A stretch of DNA of 64,000 nt from Escherichia coli (GCF_041248615.1 NZ_CP158426.1); one strand, 5' to 3'; positions 11,904 to 24,177 are shown, numbered from the stretch's first letter. The notes: generated by a model from the sequence alone, not told the origin. Translations and numbers: made by a program.

Positions 11904-11961
11904 ATGTCTGCACCTGCACTGCCTGATGTCAGAACAGTATTTTGATGAATTGCCAGGGTTA

Positions 11962-12138
11962 CAATGGCACAAATACGGCACAGGAGGAAAATGTGGTGTA
12001 ATTGAATGTGAGGTAACTACTTCACCTTTCAGCCGGGCATCTCACCGAGCACGCGAGCAAAATCGATGCGATTATAAGTCGCAATGGCACAAATACGGCA
12101 CAAGAGGAGAACGTGGTTTACTTAAATGTGAGGTAACT
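11962..12138. repeat. Two 57-bp direct repeats (~89% identical) with 120-bp period next to thrW
   Basis: Copy 1 at 11962-12018 and copy 2 at 12082-12138, both beginning caatggcacaaatacggcaca and ending aatgtgaggtaact. Confidence 0.7.
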
Positions 12139-12150
12139 TATTGATTTAAA

Positions 12151-12226
12151 TGGTGCCGATAATAGGAGTCGAACCTACGACCTTCGCATTACGAATGCGC
12201 TGCTCTACCAACTGAGCTATATCGGC
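12151..12226 (-). tRNA. thrW: tRNA-Thr (anticodon CGT)
   Basis: 76-nt reverse-strand sequence GCCGATATAGCTCAGTTGGTAGAGCAGCGCATTCGTAATGCGAAGGTCGTAGGTTCGACTCCTATTATCGGCACCA with cloverleaf features. Confidence 0.9.
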
Positions 12227-12340
12227 CCTGAAAGGACATGTTCACGAACGTGAATCACGGTGGACAAGGTTAAAACTAACCGGGCGATGCGTCAATGGCC
12301 TTGTGAATCAAATGGCTACTTTTGCATCACCCGGTTTTAT

Positions 12341-13594
12341 TTACGCACGAATGGTGTAATCACCAATGCCGATCCACTTGTAAGTGGTCAGTGCTTCCAG
12401 CCCCATCGGGCCACGCGCGTGAAGTTTTTGTGTGCTTACCGCGACTTCCGCTCCCAGACCAAACTGGCCGCCGTCGGTAAAACGCGTAGAGGCGTTAACG
12501 TAAACAGCGGACGAATCCACTTCGTTAACAAAACGCTGGGCGTTGCGCATATCACGGGTCAGGATCGCATCGGAGTGTTGTGTGCCGTGTTCACGAATAT
12601 GGGCGATGGCATCGTCAAGATCGCTGACGATTTTGACGTTCAAATCTAATGACAGAAACTCATCGTCATACTCTTCGGCTTTAACAGCCACCACCTTCGC
12701 GGGGCCTGCCTGCAACTGCGCCAGCGCAGCTACATCTGCGTGTAATGTCACGCCGCTTTCCGCCATTTGCTTGCTTAATGCGGGCAGGAAGCTATCGGCG
12801 ATGTTTTTATTTACCAGCAACGTTTCTACCGTATTACATGTGCTCGGACGCTGAGTTTTTGCGTTAACGATTACTTTCATGGCTTCAGCGATCTCTGCAC
12901 TTTCATCAACGTAAATATGGCATACGCCTATACCGCCTGTGATCACCGGGATTGTCGACTGTTCGCGGCACAGCTTATGCAGGCCAGCGCCACCACGCGG
13001 GATCAGCATGTCGATGTATTTATCCATACGCAGCATTTCACTTACCAGCGCACGGTCAGGATTATCAATCGCCTGCACGGCACCCGCCGGTAAGCTGCAG
13101 GATTTCAGGGCGTCCTGAATCACCGCCACCGTTGCAGCGTTAGTGCGACAGGTTTCTTTGCCACCACGCAGGATCACTGCGTTACCGGTTTTCAGGCACA
13201 GGGAAGCAACATCAACCGTCACGTTCGGGCGCGCTTCATAAATCACGCCAATAACCCCCAGCGGTACGCGACGACGCTCAAGACGCAGGCCGCTGTCCAG
13301 TACGCCACCATCAATCACCTGCCCCACCGGATCGGCGAGGTTGCACACCTGGCGCACATCATCGGCAATGCCTTTCAGCCGTGCGGGCGTCAGTGCCAGA
13401 CGGTCAAGCATCGCTTCGCTAAGGCCATTGGCACGCGCGTCAGCAACATCCTGGGCGTTAGCGTTGAGGATGATTTCGCTTTGTGCTTCCAGTTCATCGG
13501 CGATTTTTTCCAGCACGCGATTTTTTTCGCGGCTGGAGAGTTGCGCTAATTTATACGAGGCTTGCTTTGCGGCAATGCCCATTTGTTCCAGCAT
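12341..13594 (-). CDS. proA: Gamma-glutamyl phosphate reductase
   Basis: 417 aa, unmistakable ProA sequence. Confidence 0.95.
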   Translation of the reverse strand: MLEQMGIAAKQASYKLAQLSSREKNRVLEKIADELEAQSEIILNANAQDVADARANGLSEAMLDRLALTPARLKGIADDVRQVCNLADPVGQVIDGGVLDSGLRLERRRVPLGVIGVIYEARPNVTVDVASLCLKTGNAVILRGGKETCRTNAATVAVIQDALKSCSLPAGAVQAIDNPDRALVSEMLRMDKYIDMLIPRGGAGLHKLCREQSTIPVITGGIGVCHIYVDESAEIAEAMKVIVNAKTQRPSTCNTVETLLVNKNIADSFLPALSKQMAESGVTLHADVAALAQLQAGPAKVVAVKAEEYDDEFLSLDLNVKIVSDLDDAIAHIREHGTQHSDAILTRDMRNAQRFVNEVDSSAVYVNASTRFTDGGQFGLGAEVAVSTQKLHARGPMGLEALTTYKWIGIGDYTIRA

Positions 13595-13605
13595 CGGCCA
13601 GCTCC

Positions 13606-14709
13606 TTAACGGGTAATCATGTCATCACGGTGAACGGCAACCGGGCCATATTCATATCCCAGTATTGCATCAATTTCTTGCGAGTGGTGTCCGGCAATGC
13701 GGCGTAATGCATCGCTGTTGTAACGACTGACGCCGTGGGCGATATCGCGACCTTCGAGGTTGCAAATGCGGATGACTTCACCACGCGAGAAATTGCCAGT
13801 CACGCTTTTAATGCCTTTCGGCAACAGGGAGCTGCCGCGTTCAAGAATGGCGGCAGTTGCGCCTTCATCTACCGTGATTTCACCCGCCGGCGGCGCACCG
13901 AAAATCCAGCGTTTGCGGTTTTCAAGCGGAGTCGCCTGGGCATGGAACAACGTACCGACGGAGATGCCTTCCATCACATCACCAATAACGCCCGGCTTGC
14001 TGCCCGCGGCAATAATGGTGTCGATACCCGCACGGCAAGCCACGTCTGCGGCCTGCAATTTGGTACTCATGCCGCCAGTTCCGAGGCCTGAAACGCTGTC
14101 ACCGGCAATCGCGCGCAGTGCGTCATCAATGCCGTAAACATCTTTAATCAGTTCTGCCTGCGGATTGCTGCGCGGGTCAGCGGTGTACAAACCTTTTTGA
14201 TCGGTCAGCAGCAACAGTTTATCGGCACCCGCCAGAATCGCCGCCAGCGCAGAAAGGTTATCGTTATCGCCGACCTTAATCTCTGCAGTAGCGACAGCAT
14301 CGTTCTCATTGATTACCGGAACGATATTGTTATCGAGCAACGCACGCAGGGTGTCGCGGGCGTTCAGGAAGCGTTCACGGTCTTCCATATCAGCACGGGT
14401 CAGCAGCATTTGCCCGACGTGAATGCCATAAATCGAAAACAGCTGTTCCCACAGTTGAATCAGTCGACTCTGCCCTACCGCCGCCAGCAATTGTTTCGAG
14501 GCGATAGTCGCTGGTAGTTCTGGGTAACCCAGGTGCTCACGTCCGGCGGCGATCGCGCCCGACGTCACAATAACAATCCGATGCCCGGCGGCATGTAACT
14601 GCGCACACTGGCGAACAAGTTCAACGATATGGGCACGGTTCAGACGGCGCGATCCGCCTGTTAGCACACTGGTGCCGAGTTTTACCACCAGCGTCTGGCT
14701 GTCACTCAT
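13606..14709 (-). CDS. proB: Glutamate 5-kinase
   Basis: Start taken at [16 protein letters not shown] (367 aa); ORF-track N-terminal extension rejected. Confidence 0.9.
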
Positions 14710-14897
14710 GATTCTCTGCCATTCAATTTTAGAAAAAATGATATCAAACGAACGTTTTAGCAGGACTGTCGTCGGTTGCCAACCATCTGCGAGCAAAGCA
14801 TGGTGTTTTGTTGCGCGGGATCAGCAAGCGTAGCGGCAGTTGTTTACGCTTTTATTACAGATTTAATAAATTACCACATTTTAAGAATATTATTAAT

Positions 14898-14916
14898 CTG
14901 TAATATATCTTTAACA
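14898..14916 (+). promoter_or_regulatory. Pho box (PhoB binding site) upstream of phoE
   Basis: CTGTAAT-ATAT-CTTTAAC direct 7-bp repeats with 4-bp spacer about 80 bp upstream of phoE start. Confidence 0.6.
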
Positions 14917-14996
14917 ATCTCAGGTTAAAAACTTTCCTGTTTTCAACGGGACTCTCCCGCTGAATATTCGCGCGTTAATTAAAATCAGGAATGAAA

Positions 14997-16052
14997 ATGA
15001 AAAAGAGCACTCTGGCATTAGTGGTGATGGGCATTGTGGCATCTGCATCCGTACAGGCCGCAGAAATATATAACAAAGACGGTAATAAACTGGATGTCTA
15101 TGGCAAAGTTAAAGCCATGCATTATATGAGTGATAATGACAGTAAAGATGGCGACCAGAGTTATATCCGTTTTGGTTTTAAAGGCGAAACACAAATTAAC
15201 GATCAACTGACGGGTTATGGTCGTTGGGAAGCGGAGTTCGCCGGTAATAAAGCGGAGAGTGATACTGCACAGCAAAAAACGCGTCTCGCTTTTGCCGGGT
15301 TGAAATATAAAGATTTGGGTTCTTTCGATTATGGTCGTAACCTGGGCGCGTTGTATGACGTGGAAGCCTGGACCGATATGTTTCCGGAATTTGGTGGCGA
15401 CTCCTCGGCGCAGACCGACAACTTTATGACCAAACGCGCCAGCGGTCTGGCGACGTATCGGAACACCGACTTCTTCGGCGTTATCGATGGCCTGAACTTA
15501 ACCCTGCAATATCAAGGGAAAAACGAAAACCGCGACGTTAAAAAGCAAAACGGCGATGGCTTCGGTACGTCATTGACATATGACTTTGGTGGCAGCGATT
15601 TCGCCATCAGTGGGGCCTATACCAACTCCGATCGCACTAACGAGCAGAACCTGCAAAGCCGTGGCACAGGCAAGCGTGCAGAAGCATGGGCAACAGGTCT
15701 GAAATACGATGCCAATAATATTTATCTGGCAACTTTCTATTCTGAAACTCGCAAAATGACGCCAATAACTGGCGGCTTTGCCAATAAGACACAGAACTTT
15801 GAAGCGGTCGCTCAATACCAGTTTGACTTTGGTCTGCGTCCGTCGCTGGGTTATGTCTTATCGAAAGGGAAAGATATTGAAGGCATCGGTGATGAAGATC
15901 TGGTCAATTATATCGATGTTGGTGCTACGTATTATTTCAACAAAAATATGTCGGCATTTGTTGATTATAAAATAAACCAACTGGATAGCGATAATAAGCT
16001 GAACATCAATAATGATGATATTGTCGCGGTTGGCATGACCTATCAGTTTTAA
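14997..16052 (+). CDS. phoE: Phosphate-starvation outer-membrane porin PhoE
   Basis: 351 aa starting [10 protein letters not shown] with signal peptide, ending in C-terminal Phe (porin signature); alternative ATG at 14991. Confidence 0.9.
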   Translation: MKKSTLALVVMGIVASASVQAAEIYNKDGNKLDVYGKVKAMHYMSDNDSKDGDQSYIRFGFKGETQINDQLTGYGRWEAEFAGNKAESDTAQQKTRLAFAGLKYKDLGSFDYGRNLGALYDVEAWTDMFPEFGGDSSAQTDNFMTKRASGLATYRNTDFFGVIDGLNLTLQYQGKNENRDVKKQNGDGFGTSLTYDFGGSDFAISGAYTNSDRTNEQNLQSRGTGKRAEAWATGLKYDANNIYLATFYSETRKMTPITGGFANKTQNFEAVAQYQFDFGLRPSLGYVLSKGKDIEGIGDEDLVNYIDVGATYYFNKNMSAFVDYKINQLDSDNKLNINNDDIVAVGMTYQF

Positions 16053-16059
16053 TGGATAT

Positions 16060-16081
16060 TGCCGGATGTGATGCATCCGGC
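16060..16081. terminator. Bidirectional hairpin between convergent phoE and crl
   Basis: tgccggatg-tgatg-catccggca. Confidence 0.5.
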
Positions 16082-16090
16082 ACATTTCAC

Positions 16091-16549
<459 letters not shown>

Positions 16550-17794
16550 TTAACACAATCGTTTTTCAATCCAGTCTGTGATTTCCTGAAGGCCTTTGTC
16601 AAAATTCCGATACACCGGGTTAAATGGGATCTCTAATAATTTACCGTCAGCAGATGATGAGGTGATTAAGCGTGAGTCCTCTTCCGGGCTGAACGGATCG
16701 TTCTTCCAGTAGCCTGATAACATTGGCGTTGGGCAACGACGTCCCAGCAATCCTTGCACTTTTAATGAATAGCGATTCAACTCCACGCGTAACGCTTCGT
16801 CGGAAGCATCATGCATACCCAAACGACTCGCCAGAACGTCAAGATACATTTCCGGCACCTGTTGCTGGCACTTAAAATCACTCAACAGGGTATGAACTAC
16901 CGGACCAAGACAGGCAACCGCTTTCAGACGCGGCGATTCAAGGTATGCCAGACGTACGGCAACGTTAGCGCCGAAACGGAAACCAAAGGCCGCGACGCGA
17001 GTGTGATCTACCCACGGTACGTTAGGCAGCGCCTTTAAGACGTGCTGATGCAACAGGCTGGAGTCCTGGGTGAGCTTCCATTTTGAAGAAAAGCCCACCG
17101 ACGGCATATCAATAGTCAGCATCGCAATGCCGCGCGGCGCAAAATAACGTTCATACAGGCTGTAATAGTCCGTCTGCATCGCATCCAGACCACCACACAT
17201 TAATACTGTCGGGAACGGGCCATCCCCTTTCGGCATATGCAAAAAGCCGGTGCTGGGCGCACCGCCGGGTACGGTAAACTCCATCTGCCGCATGGTGCCC
17301 GGCAGACGCTGGGCGGCCTCTTCATAGGCGCGGTTTGACAAAGCCTGCGCTTGCTCGGCCAGGTCATCTCCTTTTAGATGAGGATAGGCGGCAATGTTGT
17401 ACAACGTAGCCGCATGCAGCCAGTGACGACCACTGAGTTGCGGATCTTCTTCTGCACAGGCTTTTTGTTGCCACACCATCGCCTGGGTGGCCCACTCATA
17501 AATCCAGTTGCCACCACGGTAGCCAATCACCGTATCGTATAAATCATCGTCGGTACGTTCGGCATCGCTCATCACAATACGTGCCTGGACGTCGAGGATT
17601 TCACGTGGGTCAATGCCGCGCCAGATCCACATCAGACGGTTAATCATGCGATACCAGTGAGGGATGGTTTTACCATCAAGGGCCGACTGCACAGGCGGTT
17701 GTGCGCCGTGATTAAAGCGGCGGACTAGCGTCGAGGTTTCAGGATGTTTAAAGCGGGGTTTGAACAGGGTTTCGCTCAGGTTTGCCTGTGTCAT
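16550..17794 (-). CDS. frsA: Fermentation/respiration switch esterase FrsA
   Basis: 414 aa alpha/beta hydrolase in conserved position between crl and gpt. Confidence 0.9.
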   Translation of the reverse strand: MTQANLSETLFKPRFKHPETSTLVRRFNHGAQPPVQSALDGKTIPHWYRMINRLMWIWRGIDPREILDVQARIVMSDAERTDDDLYDTVIGYRGGNWIYEWATQAMVWQQKACAEEDPQLSGRHWLHAATLYNIAAYPHLKGDDLAEQAQALSNRAYEEAAQRLPGTMRQMEFTVPGGAPSTGFLHMPKGDGPFPTVLMCGGLDAMQTDYYSLYERYFAPRGIAMLTIDMPSVGFSSKWKLTQDSSLLHQHVLKALPNVPWVDHTRVAAFGFRFGANVAVRLAYLESPRLKAVACLGPVVHTLLSDFKCQQQVPEMYLDVLASRLGMHDASDEALRVELNRYSLKVQGLLGRRCPTPMLSGYWKNDPFSPEEDSRLITSSSADGKLLEIPFNPVYRNFDKGLQEITDWIEKRLC

Positions 17795-17885
17795 GGATGC
17801 AGCCTCCAGAATACTTACTGGAAACTATTGTAACCTGCCTGAAGTTAAAAAGAACAACGCCCGGCAGTGCCAGGCGTTGAAAAGA

Positions 17886-18344
17886 TTAGCGACCGGAGAT
17901 TGGCGGGACGAATACGACGCCCATATCCCACGGCTGTTCGATCCAGGTATCTTGCGGGATATCAACAACATAATCATCAACCAGCGGGCGACCAGCCGGT
18001 TTTGCGAAGATGGTGACAAAGTGCGCTTTTGGATACATTTCACGAATCGCAACCGCAGTACCACCGGTATCCACCAGGTCATCAATAACGATGAAGCCTT
18101 CGCCATCGCCTTCTGCGCGTTTCAGCACTTTAAGCTCGCGCTGGTTGTCGTGATCGTAGCTGGAAATACAAACGGTATCGACATGACGAATACCCAGTTC
18201 ACGCGCCAGTAACGCACCCGGTACCAGACCGCCACGGCTTACGGCAATAATGCCTTTCCATTGTTCAGAAGGCATCAGTCGGCTTGCGAGTTTACGTGCA
18301 TGGATCTGCAACATGTCCCAGGTGACGATGTATTTTTCGCTCAT
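17886..18344 (-). CDS. gpt: Xanthine-guanine phosphoribosyltransferase
   Basis: 152 aa, PRTase motif [11 protein letters not shown]. Confidence 0.95.
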
Positions 18345-18604
18345 GTGAAGTGTCCCAGCCTGTTTATCTACGGCTTAAAAAGTGTTCGAGGGGAAAATAG
18401 GTTGCGCGAGATTATAGAGATCTGGCGCACTAAAAACCAGTATTTCACATGAGTCCGCGTCTTTTTACGCACTGCCTCTCCCTGACGCGGGATAAAGTGG
18501 TATTCTCAAACATATCTCGCAAGCCTGTCTTGTGTTGACAACATTTTCTGCTAACCCTGTGACCTGCAATACTGTTTTGCGGGTGATCGACAAGGAGACT
18601 TAAC

Positions 18605-20062
18605 GTGTCTGAACTGTCTCAATTATCTCCACAGCCGCTGTGGGATATTTTTGCCAAAATCTGTTCTATTCCTCACCCGTCCTATCATGAAGAGCAACTC
18701 GCTGAATACATTGTTGGTTGGGCAAAAGAGAAAGGTTTCCATGTCGAACGCGATCAGGTAGGTAATATCCTGATTCGTAAACCTGCTACCGCAGGTATGG
18801 AAAATCGTAAACCGGTCGTCTTGCAGGCCCACCTCGATATGGTGCCACAGAAAAATAACGACACCGTGCATGACTTCACTAAAGATCCTATCCAGCCTTA
18901 TATTGATGGCGAATGGGTTAAAGCGCGCGGCACCACGCTGGGTGCGGATAACGGCATTGGTATGGCGTCTGCGCTGGCGGTTCTGGCTGACGAAAACGTG
19001 GTTCACGGCCCGCTGGAAGTGCTGCTGACCATGACCGAAGAAGCCGGTATGGATGGTGCTTTTGGCTTACAGAGCAACTGGTTGCAGGCTGATATTCTGA
19101 TTAACACCGACTCCGAAGAGGAAGGTGAAATCTACATGGGTTGCGCGGGGGGTATCGACTTCACCTCCAACCTGCATTTAGATCGTGAAGCGGTTCCAGC
19201 TGGTTTTGAAACCTTCAAGTTAACCTTAAAAGGCCTGAAAGGCGGTCACTCCGGCGGTGAAATCCACGTTGGCCTGGGTAATGCCAACAAACTGCTGGTG
19301 CGCTTCCTGGCGGGTCATGCAGAAGAGCTGGACCTGCGCCTTATCGATTTCAACGGTGGCACACTGCGTAACGCCATCCCGCGTGAAGCCTTTGCGACCA
19401 TTGCTGTCGCAGCTGATAAAGTCGACGCCCTGAAATCTCTGGTGAATACCTATCAGGAGATCCTGAAAAACGAGCTGGCAGAGAAAGAGAAAAATCTGGC
19501 ATTGCTGCTGGACTCTGTTGCGAACGATAAAGCTGCCCTGATTGCGAAATCTCGCGATACCTTTATTCGTCTGCTGAACGCCACCCCGAACGGTGTGATC
19601 CGCAATTCCGATGTGGCAAAAGGTGTGGTGGAAACCTCCCTGAACGTCGGTGTGGTGACCATGACTGACAATAACGTAGAAATTCACTGCCTGATCCGTT
19701 CTCTGATCGACAGCGGTAAAGACTACGTGGTGAGCATGCTGGATTCGCTGGGTAAACTGGCTGGCGCGAAAACCGAAGCGAAAGGCGCATATCCTGGCTG
19801 GCAGCCGGACGCTAATTCTCCGGTGATGCATCTGGTACGTGAAACTTATCAGCGTCTGTTCAACAAGACGCCGAACATCCAGATTATCCACGCGGGCCTG
19901 GAATGTGGTCTGTTCAAAAAACCGTATCCGGAAATGGACATGGTTTCTATCGGGCCAACAATCACCGGTCCACACTCTCCGGATGAGCAAGTTCACATCG
20001 AAAGCGTAGGTCATTACTGGACACTGCTGACTGAGCTGCTGAAAGAAATTCCGGCGAAGTAA
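18605..20062 (+). CDS. pepD: Cytosol non-specific dipeptidase (aminoacyl-histidine dipeptidase), GTG start
   Basis: 485 aa, M20-family peptidase matching PepD. Confidence 0.95.
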   Translation: MSELSQLSPQPLWDIFAKICSIPHPSYHEEQLAEYIVGWAKEKGFHVERDQVGNILIRKPATAGMENRKPVVLQAHLDMVPQKNNDTVHDFTKDPIQPYIDGEWVKARGTTLGADNGIGMASALAVLADENVVHGPLEVLLTMTEEAGMDGAFGLQSNWLQADILINTDSEEEGEIYMGCAGGIDFTSNLHLDREAVPAGFETFKLTLKGLKGGHSGGEIHVGLGNANKLLVRFLAGHAEELDLRLIDFNGGTLRNAIPREAFATIAVAADKVDALKSLVNTYQEILKNELAEKEKNLALLLDSVANDKAALIAKSRDTFIRLLNATPNGVIRNSDVAKGVVETSLNVGVVTMTDNNVEIHCLIRSLIDSGKDYVVSMLDSLGKLAGAKTEAKGAYPGWQPDANSPVMHLVRETYQRLFNKTPNIQIIHAGLECGLFKKPYPEMDMVSIGPTITGPHSPDEQVHIESVGHYWTLLTELLKEIPAK

Positions 20063-20074
20063 TTATTTGATTTG

Positions 20075-20106
20075 CTGCCGGATGGCGTTTAATCGCCTTC
20101 CGGCAG
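20075..20106 (+). terminator. Hairpin terminator after pepD
   Basis: ctgccggatggcg...cgccttccggcag followed by T-rich tract. Confidence 0.5.
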
Positions 20107-20118
20107 TTTCATCCTTCA

Positions 20119-20673
20119 TTATCCTTCGATAAAAGCCATCCCTGTAAATGTCCGTCTCGGGTTGCCACGTTCAATCTGGTGATGGAACATTCGCCGCCGC
20201 GATTTCAGCACCGCGCTATTTTCCTGTTGCTGTTGTTCCAGCGTCCAGGCAATCAGCAATCGCGCCAGCCGCTTGTTAGCATGCCCAGAAACAAGTTTTT
20301 GCGCCCATGATGAGGCCGATACGGACTCGGACAAATCCACTGAATAGTGCCGCACCAACTTTCGCTTAATGCCCATGCGTTATCGCCATCCAGAGAAATC
20401 AGCGCCGAACGCAGCGTGTCAGAGTAGCGGCCCGTTTCTGTTTCCAGCACCGTTACCGCGACGTCTTGCCGGGTAAAAACGACCAACAGAGAATAACGCT
20501 GCGCCAATCGGGTAGCCGCGTCCGGGGTGTAAATCTGGCATCCCTACTACGCGCTGCATGTTGGGTAAATTTGCCGTGGTGTGTAATTGTTGAATCGCTA
20601 AACTCTCGATCCACAGGTCATCAGATGCGATGGTAAATACCGCATCGGATAAGGGACGAATATATTTGCCCAT
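20119..20673 (-). pseudogene. prfH: Decayed prfH (release-factor homologue) and upstream rtcB-like fragment (ykfJ-like)
   Basis: Three overlapping ORFs in different frames; the 5' piece has an RtcB N-terminal motif ([14 protein letters not shown]), the 3' pieces are release-factor-like. Confidence 0.55.
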
Positions 20674-20917
20674 GTATCATTCCATTTATACTCGTCATAC
20701 TTCAAGTTGCATGTACTGCGACTCGAATTATTTAGAGTATATAAATATAAAAATCAGGAAATGGCAGACGAATCCAGGGCAAGAAAAAAGAATTAATCCT
20801 GGAAAGGTCTGCAAAGAGTCATTGATAAAGGATTTGTCATGATTTACCTCCTTGCAGTTTGTGGAATAAGAAAACGCGCACATACCAGGCGGGCGTTATT
20901 TTCATTGCAAGCTGGAT

Positions 20918-21370
20918 TTAATGTTGCGGTTTATATCGCATAGAAAAATTAGTAAACCACGCTCCCCTGCATTCAACGCGCTGCTGCTTAACTGTCTGAA
21001 AACCATAACGTTCAAAAAAGGGTTTTGCGGTTATGCTGGCGTCCACTGTAAGTTCGGATTCAGACTTAATCAAAGGTTTTAACAAAGCGCTGGCAACCCC
21101 ACGGCGGGTGTATTCAGGGTCAACAAATAACATATCGATATAGTGTTCAACGCAGGTAATAAAGCCGACCAGTTTTGCATTAATGACTGCAACCCGCACT
21201 TGTGATTTCGCGAGTTTCTCCTTCCAGCGAGATTCGTCAATCTGCGCCCAGGCGGCAATTTGTTGTGGTGAATAATGCTGACTGGCGGTCATCGTAACCG
21301 CTCTAATGAAAATAGCGCATAGTTGCTGAAAATCGCCAGGCTGATAATCTCTTATTTGTATGTTATTCAT
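20918..21370 (-). CDS. yafP: GNAT-family acetyltransferase YafP
   Basis: 150 aa, last gene of dinB-yafNOP operon. Confidence 0.8.
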   Translation of the reverse strand: MNNIQIRDYQPGDFQQLCAIFIRAVTMTASQHYSPQQIAAWAQIDESRWKEKLAKSQVRVAVINAKLVGFITCVEHYIDMLFVDPEYTRRGVASALLKPLIKSESELTVDASITAKPFFERYGFQTVKQQRVECRGAWFTNFSMRYKPQH

Positions 21371-21379
21371 AATATAAAT

Positions 21380-21778
21380 TCAAAAACGCATGCGAAACGC
21401 TTCTGCCATTTTTCCAATTTTATGCATTTGGTTGTTATCTCGAGCCAGTTTATGAGGTTCAGGCTTCAGAATGGCAATGAGCAACCATGCTTGCTCATCA
21501 AACGCCCCCTGACAATATACCAAATGCGCTTCGTCATTCGTTCTGCTGAATTGGCGCAACTGTGGCGGAAATGGATTATTCACATTTGCCAGATGAATAT
21601 GAGCAACTCGCTCAAATTTGATTAATGGCCAGGTAAACGAGTCGTCGTAGAGTGCATCGCGACCAAATATATCTGGCAAAATACCGTCACGCTTATAGGA
21701 AATAAAATCCGCCGTTAACGCATCAAGTTCCTCTGCTGTAAGTTGCAGGCGAATAAGTTTTGTTTTGAATACCCGCAT
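21380..21778 (-). CDS. yafO: YafO ribosome-dependent mRNA interferase toxin
   Basis: 132 aa, immediately downstream of yafN. Confidence 0.8.
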   Translation of the reverse strand: MRVFKTKLIRLQLTAEELDALTADFISYKRDGILPDIFGRDALYDDSFTWPLIKFERVAHIHLANVNNPFPPQLRQFSRTNDEAHLVYCQGAFDEQAWLLIAILKPEPHKLARDNNQMHKIGKMAEAFRMRF

Positions 21779-21780
21779 CC

Positions 21781-22074
21781 TTATTCCTTAAAGTCATTGA
21801 AATCATCATCCGTCATATCATTAAGATATTGTTCAGCGCGGCGTGTAATTTCCTCTAATCTTGCAGCACTCGGACGGAAGCGCGCCTTTATGGGCTTTTT
21901 CTCCTCTTGTTCAGCAAGCATGTCCATTAACGCTTCGAATGCGCTGGCACTTAAGAGATATCCTGCGGGGCGATTATTAGAAAGAACCGCAACCGGTTGA
22001 TCAATAAAGTATTTAGCTGGGTTTTTACGTAACTCAGTGATATTGACCGATTTTTCAGCGAGAATTCGATGCAT
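21781..22074 (-). CDS. yafN: YafN antitoxin (Phd/YefM-like)
   Basis: 97 aa, acidic C-terminus, upstream of yafO. Confidence 0.8.
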   Translation of the reverse strand: MHRILAEKSVNITELRKNPAKYFIDQPVAVLSNNRPAGYLLSASAFEALMDMLAEQEEKKPIKARFRPSAARLEEITRRAEQYLNDMTDDDFNDFKE

Positions 22075-22125
22075 ACAGTGATCCCCTCATAATAATGCAC
22101 ACCAGAATAGACATAATAGTATACA

Positions 22126-23181
22126 TCATAATCCCAGCACCAGTTGTCTTTCCATTTGAGGGTCAAGCAACGTCACATGCAGCCCCACCAGTCGCACACC
22201 GCGCCCGCCGCGGCGTTCATCCCAGGTTTTACGCGCGGTGGCGATTAGATCAGCTTTATTCAGCCGCGGCCAGACGTGCTCCTGAGTAGTTTGCTGAAAA
22301 TCGTCGAACTTTAATTTCACCCCCTGGCGAGCAATCAGTAAATCAGGTTTTACTTTTGCCAGACGACGTTCAAGTTCCGGATACAGCCGCTCGATAATCG
22401 CTTCACATTCAGACCAGTGATGAATATCTTCCGCCATCGTGCGTTCCACGCCGACAGATTTTCGCAACCGTTCGCTGTTAACGTCGCGCTCGTCAATCCC
22501 CTGACTACGCTCCCACAAAATGCGGCCAAATTTGCCAAAACGTTTGAGCAGAGTCACCAGATCACACTTTTGCACATCACCGCAGGTCCGCAGCCCCATC
22601 GCTTCCAGTTTTGCCGCCGAGACTTTGCCGACGCCGGGGATTTTTGCCAGCGGTAAGGTTTGTAAAAATGTCGGAACTTCTGCCGGCGTAATCACAAACT
22701 GGCCGTTGGGTTTATTCATGTCGGAGGCGATTTTGGCGAGAAACTTTACTGGTGCCACGCCCGCAGACGCCGTCAGTTGCAGCTCGTTGAAGATTGTCTG
22801 GCGGATTTCCTGGGCGATGAGGGTCGCAGAACCGTGGCAATGGACGCTATCAGTGACATCGAGATAGGCTTCATCCAGTGACAACGGTTCAATACGCGAG
22901 GTGTAGCGCGAGAAGATTTCACGGATATGATTTGAGGCTTCTTTGTAGGCGTCAAAGCGCCCCGGAAGCAAGGTGAGATGTGGGCATAATTTGAGCGCCA
23001 TCCCTGTCGGCATAGCGCTACGTACGCCAAATTTACGCGCGGGATAATTGGCGGTGCTGATCACCCCCCGACGTTCGCGGCTGCCGCCAATAGCAATAGG
23101 GATATCGCGCAGGGCGGGATTGTCGCGCATCTCCACTGCGGCGAAAAAGCAGTCCATATCCACATGAATGATTTTACGCAT
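22126..23181 (-). CDS. dinB: DNA polymerase IV (Y-family translesion polymerase)
   Basis: 351 aa, begins [22 protein letters not shown]. Confidence 0.95.
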   Translation of the reverse strand: MRKIIHVDMDCFFAAVEMRDNPALRDIPIAIGGSRERRGVISTANYPARKFGVRSAMPTGMALKLCPHLTLLPGRFDAYKEASNHIREIFSRYTSRIEPLSLDEAYLDVTDSVHCHGSATLIAQEIRQTIFNELQLTASAGVAPVKFLAKIASDMNKPNGQFVITPAEVPTFLQTLPLAKIPGVGKVSAAKLEAMGLRTCGDVQKCDLVTLLKRFGKFGRILWERSQGIDERDVNSERLRKSVGVERTMAEDIHHWSECEAIIERLYPELERRLAKVKPDLLIARQGVKLKFDDFQQTTQEHVWPRLNKADLIATARKTWDERRGGRGVRLVGLHVTLLDPQMERQLVLGL

Positions 23182-23195
23182 TGCTCACCTCTCAA

Positions 23196-23215
23196 CACTG
23201 GTAAAGTATACAGTG
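23196..23215 (-). promoter_or_regulatory. LexA box (SOS operator) of dinB
   Basis: Reverse strand reads CACTGTATACTTTACCAGTG (CTGT-N8-ACAG) 15 bp upstream of dinB start. Confidence 0.8.
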
Positions 23216-23251
23216 ATTTCAGGGTTTGAGAAATGCGTAAAGATTCAGCAT

Positions 23252-24175
23252 CTAGCGCGTTCGCTGCGAAAGCACCTGCTGCTTATCCAGCTTTTGCACC
23301 AGCGGCTGCACCACTTTATCCCCATGCTGACCAAAGTATTGATACAGCGTATCGGACGCACTTTTGGTCAGCACCATAATCTCAATGCGTCGGTTGCCCG
23401 CGCTTTGCGGATTTTTGGCATCCAGCAGCATCTGGTCCGCCATTGCGCTTACCTGCATCACTTTATCTTCCGGCATTCCAGCCTCTTCCAGCACCCGACG
23501 GGCCGAAAGCGCGCGATCGCCCGAAAGGTTCCAGTTGTTGTAGATATTGTTTTTGTAGGCCATCGCATCGGTATGCCCGGTGATGATGATCTTATTGTCG
23601 AGCGAATCAAAAACCGGCGCTAACTCCACCAGCAAAGTTTTAAAGAACGGCATAATCTGCGCGCTGCCGCGTTCAAACATATTGCGGTTCTGGTCATCTT
23701 TAATCAGCACGCGCAGTCCCTGGGGAACAATCTCCATCTCCAGATTCGCTTCCATATGCGCATCACGGGCGATGGTGTTGATACTGGTTGCCAGCTCACC
23801 AAGCTCAGTAGCGGATTTCTTCTTCAGCAGCGCCGTTTTCTCATTGACGTCACGCGCTTTTTTCTCCGTCTCTTCCGGCACCGCCACGGTGGCAGGTTTT
23901 GGCGGATGAGACGGGCTGATTTTATTTAACGGCGACAACCCGCCGCCATTGAAAATCGACTGCCCGTGCAGCGCGGCGATAATGCTTTCACGCTCGGATT
24001 TACTGACGCTGTTGACAATCCACAGCGTCATAAACAGCGCCATCATTGCCAAAGTAAAGTCGGCGAACGCCACCTTCCACGCCCCGCCGTGGTGCCCGGC
24101 ATGATTCTTTTTGATCTGCCGCCGGACGATGGTGGTTTTTGCCCCACGCTCGCGGCGGTTGCCCGTCTTTCTCAT
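23252..24175 (-). CDS. lafU: Lateral-flagellar stator protein MotB homologue (OmpA-like C-terminus)
   Basis: TM helix then peptidoglycan-binding domain; start at MRKTG two nt after lafT stop; appears full length (K-12 mbhA is the truncated counterpart). Confidence 0.8.
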   Translation of the reverse strand: MRKTGNRRERGAKTTIVRRQIKKNHAGHHGGAWKVAFADFTLAMMALFMTLWIVNSVSKSERESIIAALHGQSIFNGGGLSPLNKISPSHPPKPATVAVPEETEKKARDVNEKTALLKKKSATELGELATSINTIARDAHMEANLEMEIVPQGLRVLIKDDQNRNMFERGSAQIMPFFKTLLVELAPVFDSLDNKIIITGHTDAMAYKNNIYNNWNLSGDRALSARRVLEEAGMPEDKVMQVSAMADQMLLDAKNPQSAGNRRIEIMVLTKSASDTLYQYFGQHGDKVVQPLVQKLDKQQVLSQRTR

Positions 24176-24177
24176 GC

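Noticed and set aside
12260-12649. 129-aa plus-strand ORF
   Set aside because: Overlaps the 3' part of proA on the opposite strand; no supporting motif.
19226-20014. 262-aa minus-strand ORF
   Set aside because: Antisense to pepD, which is an unambiguous full-length match.
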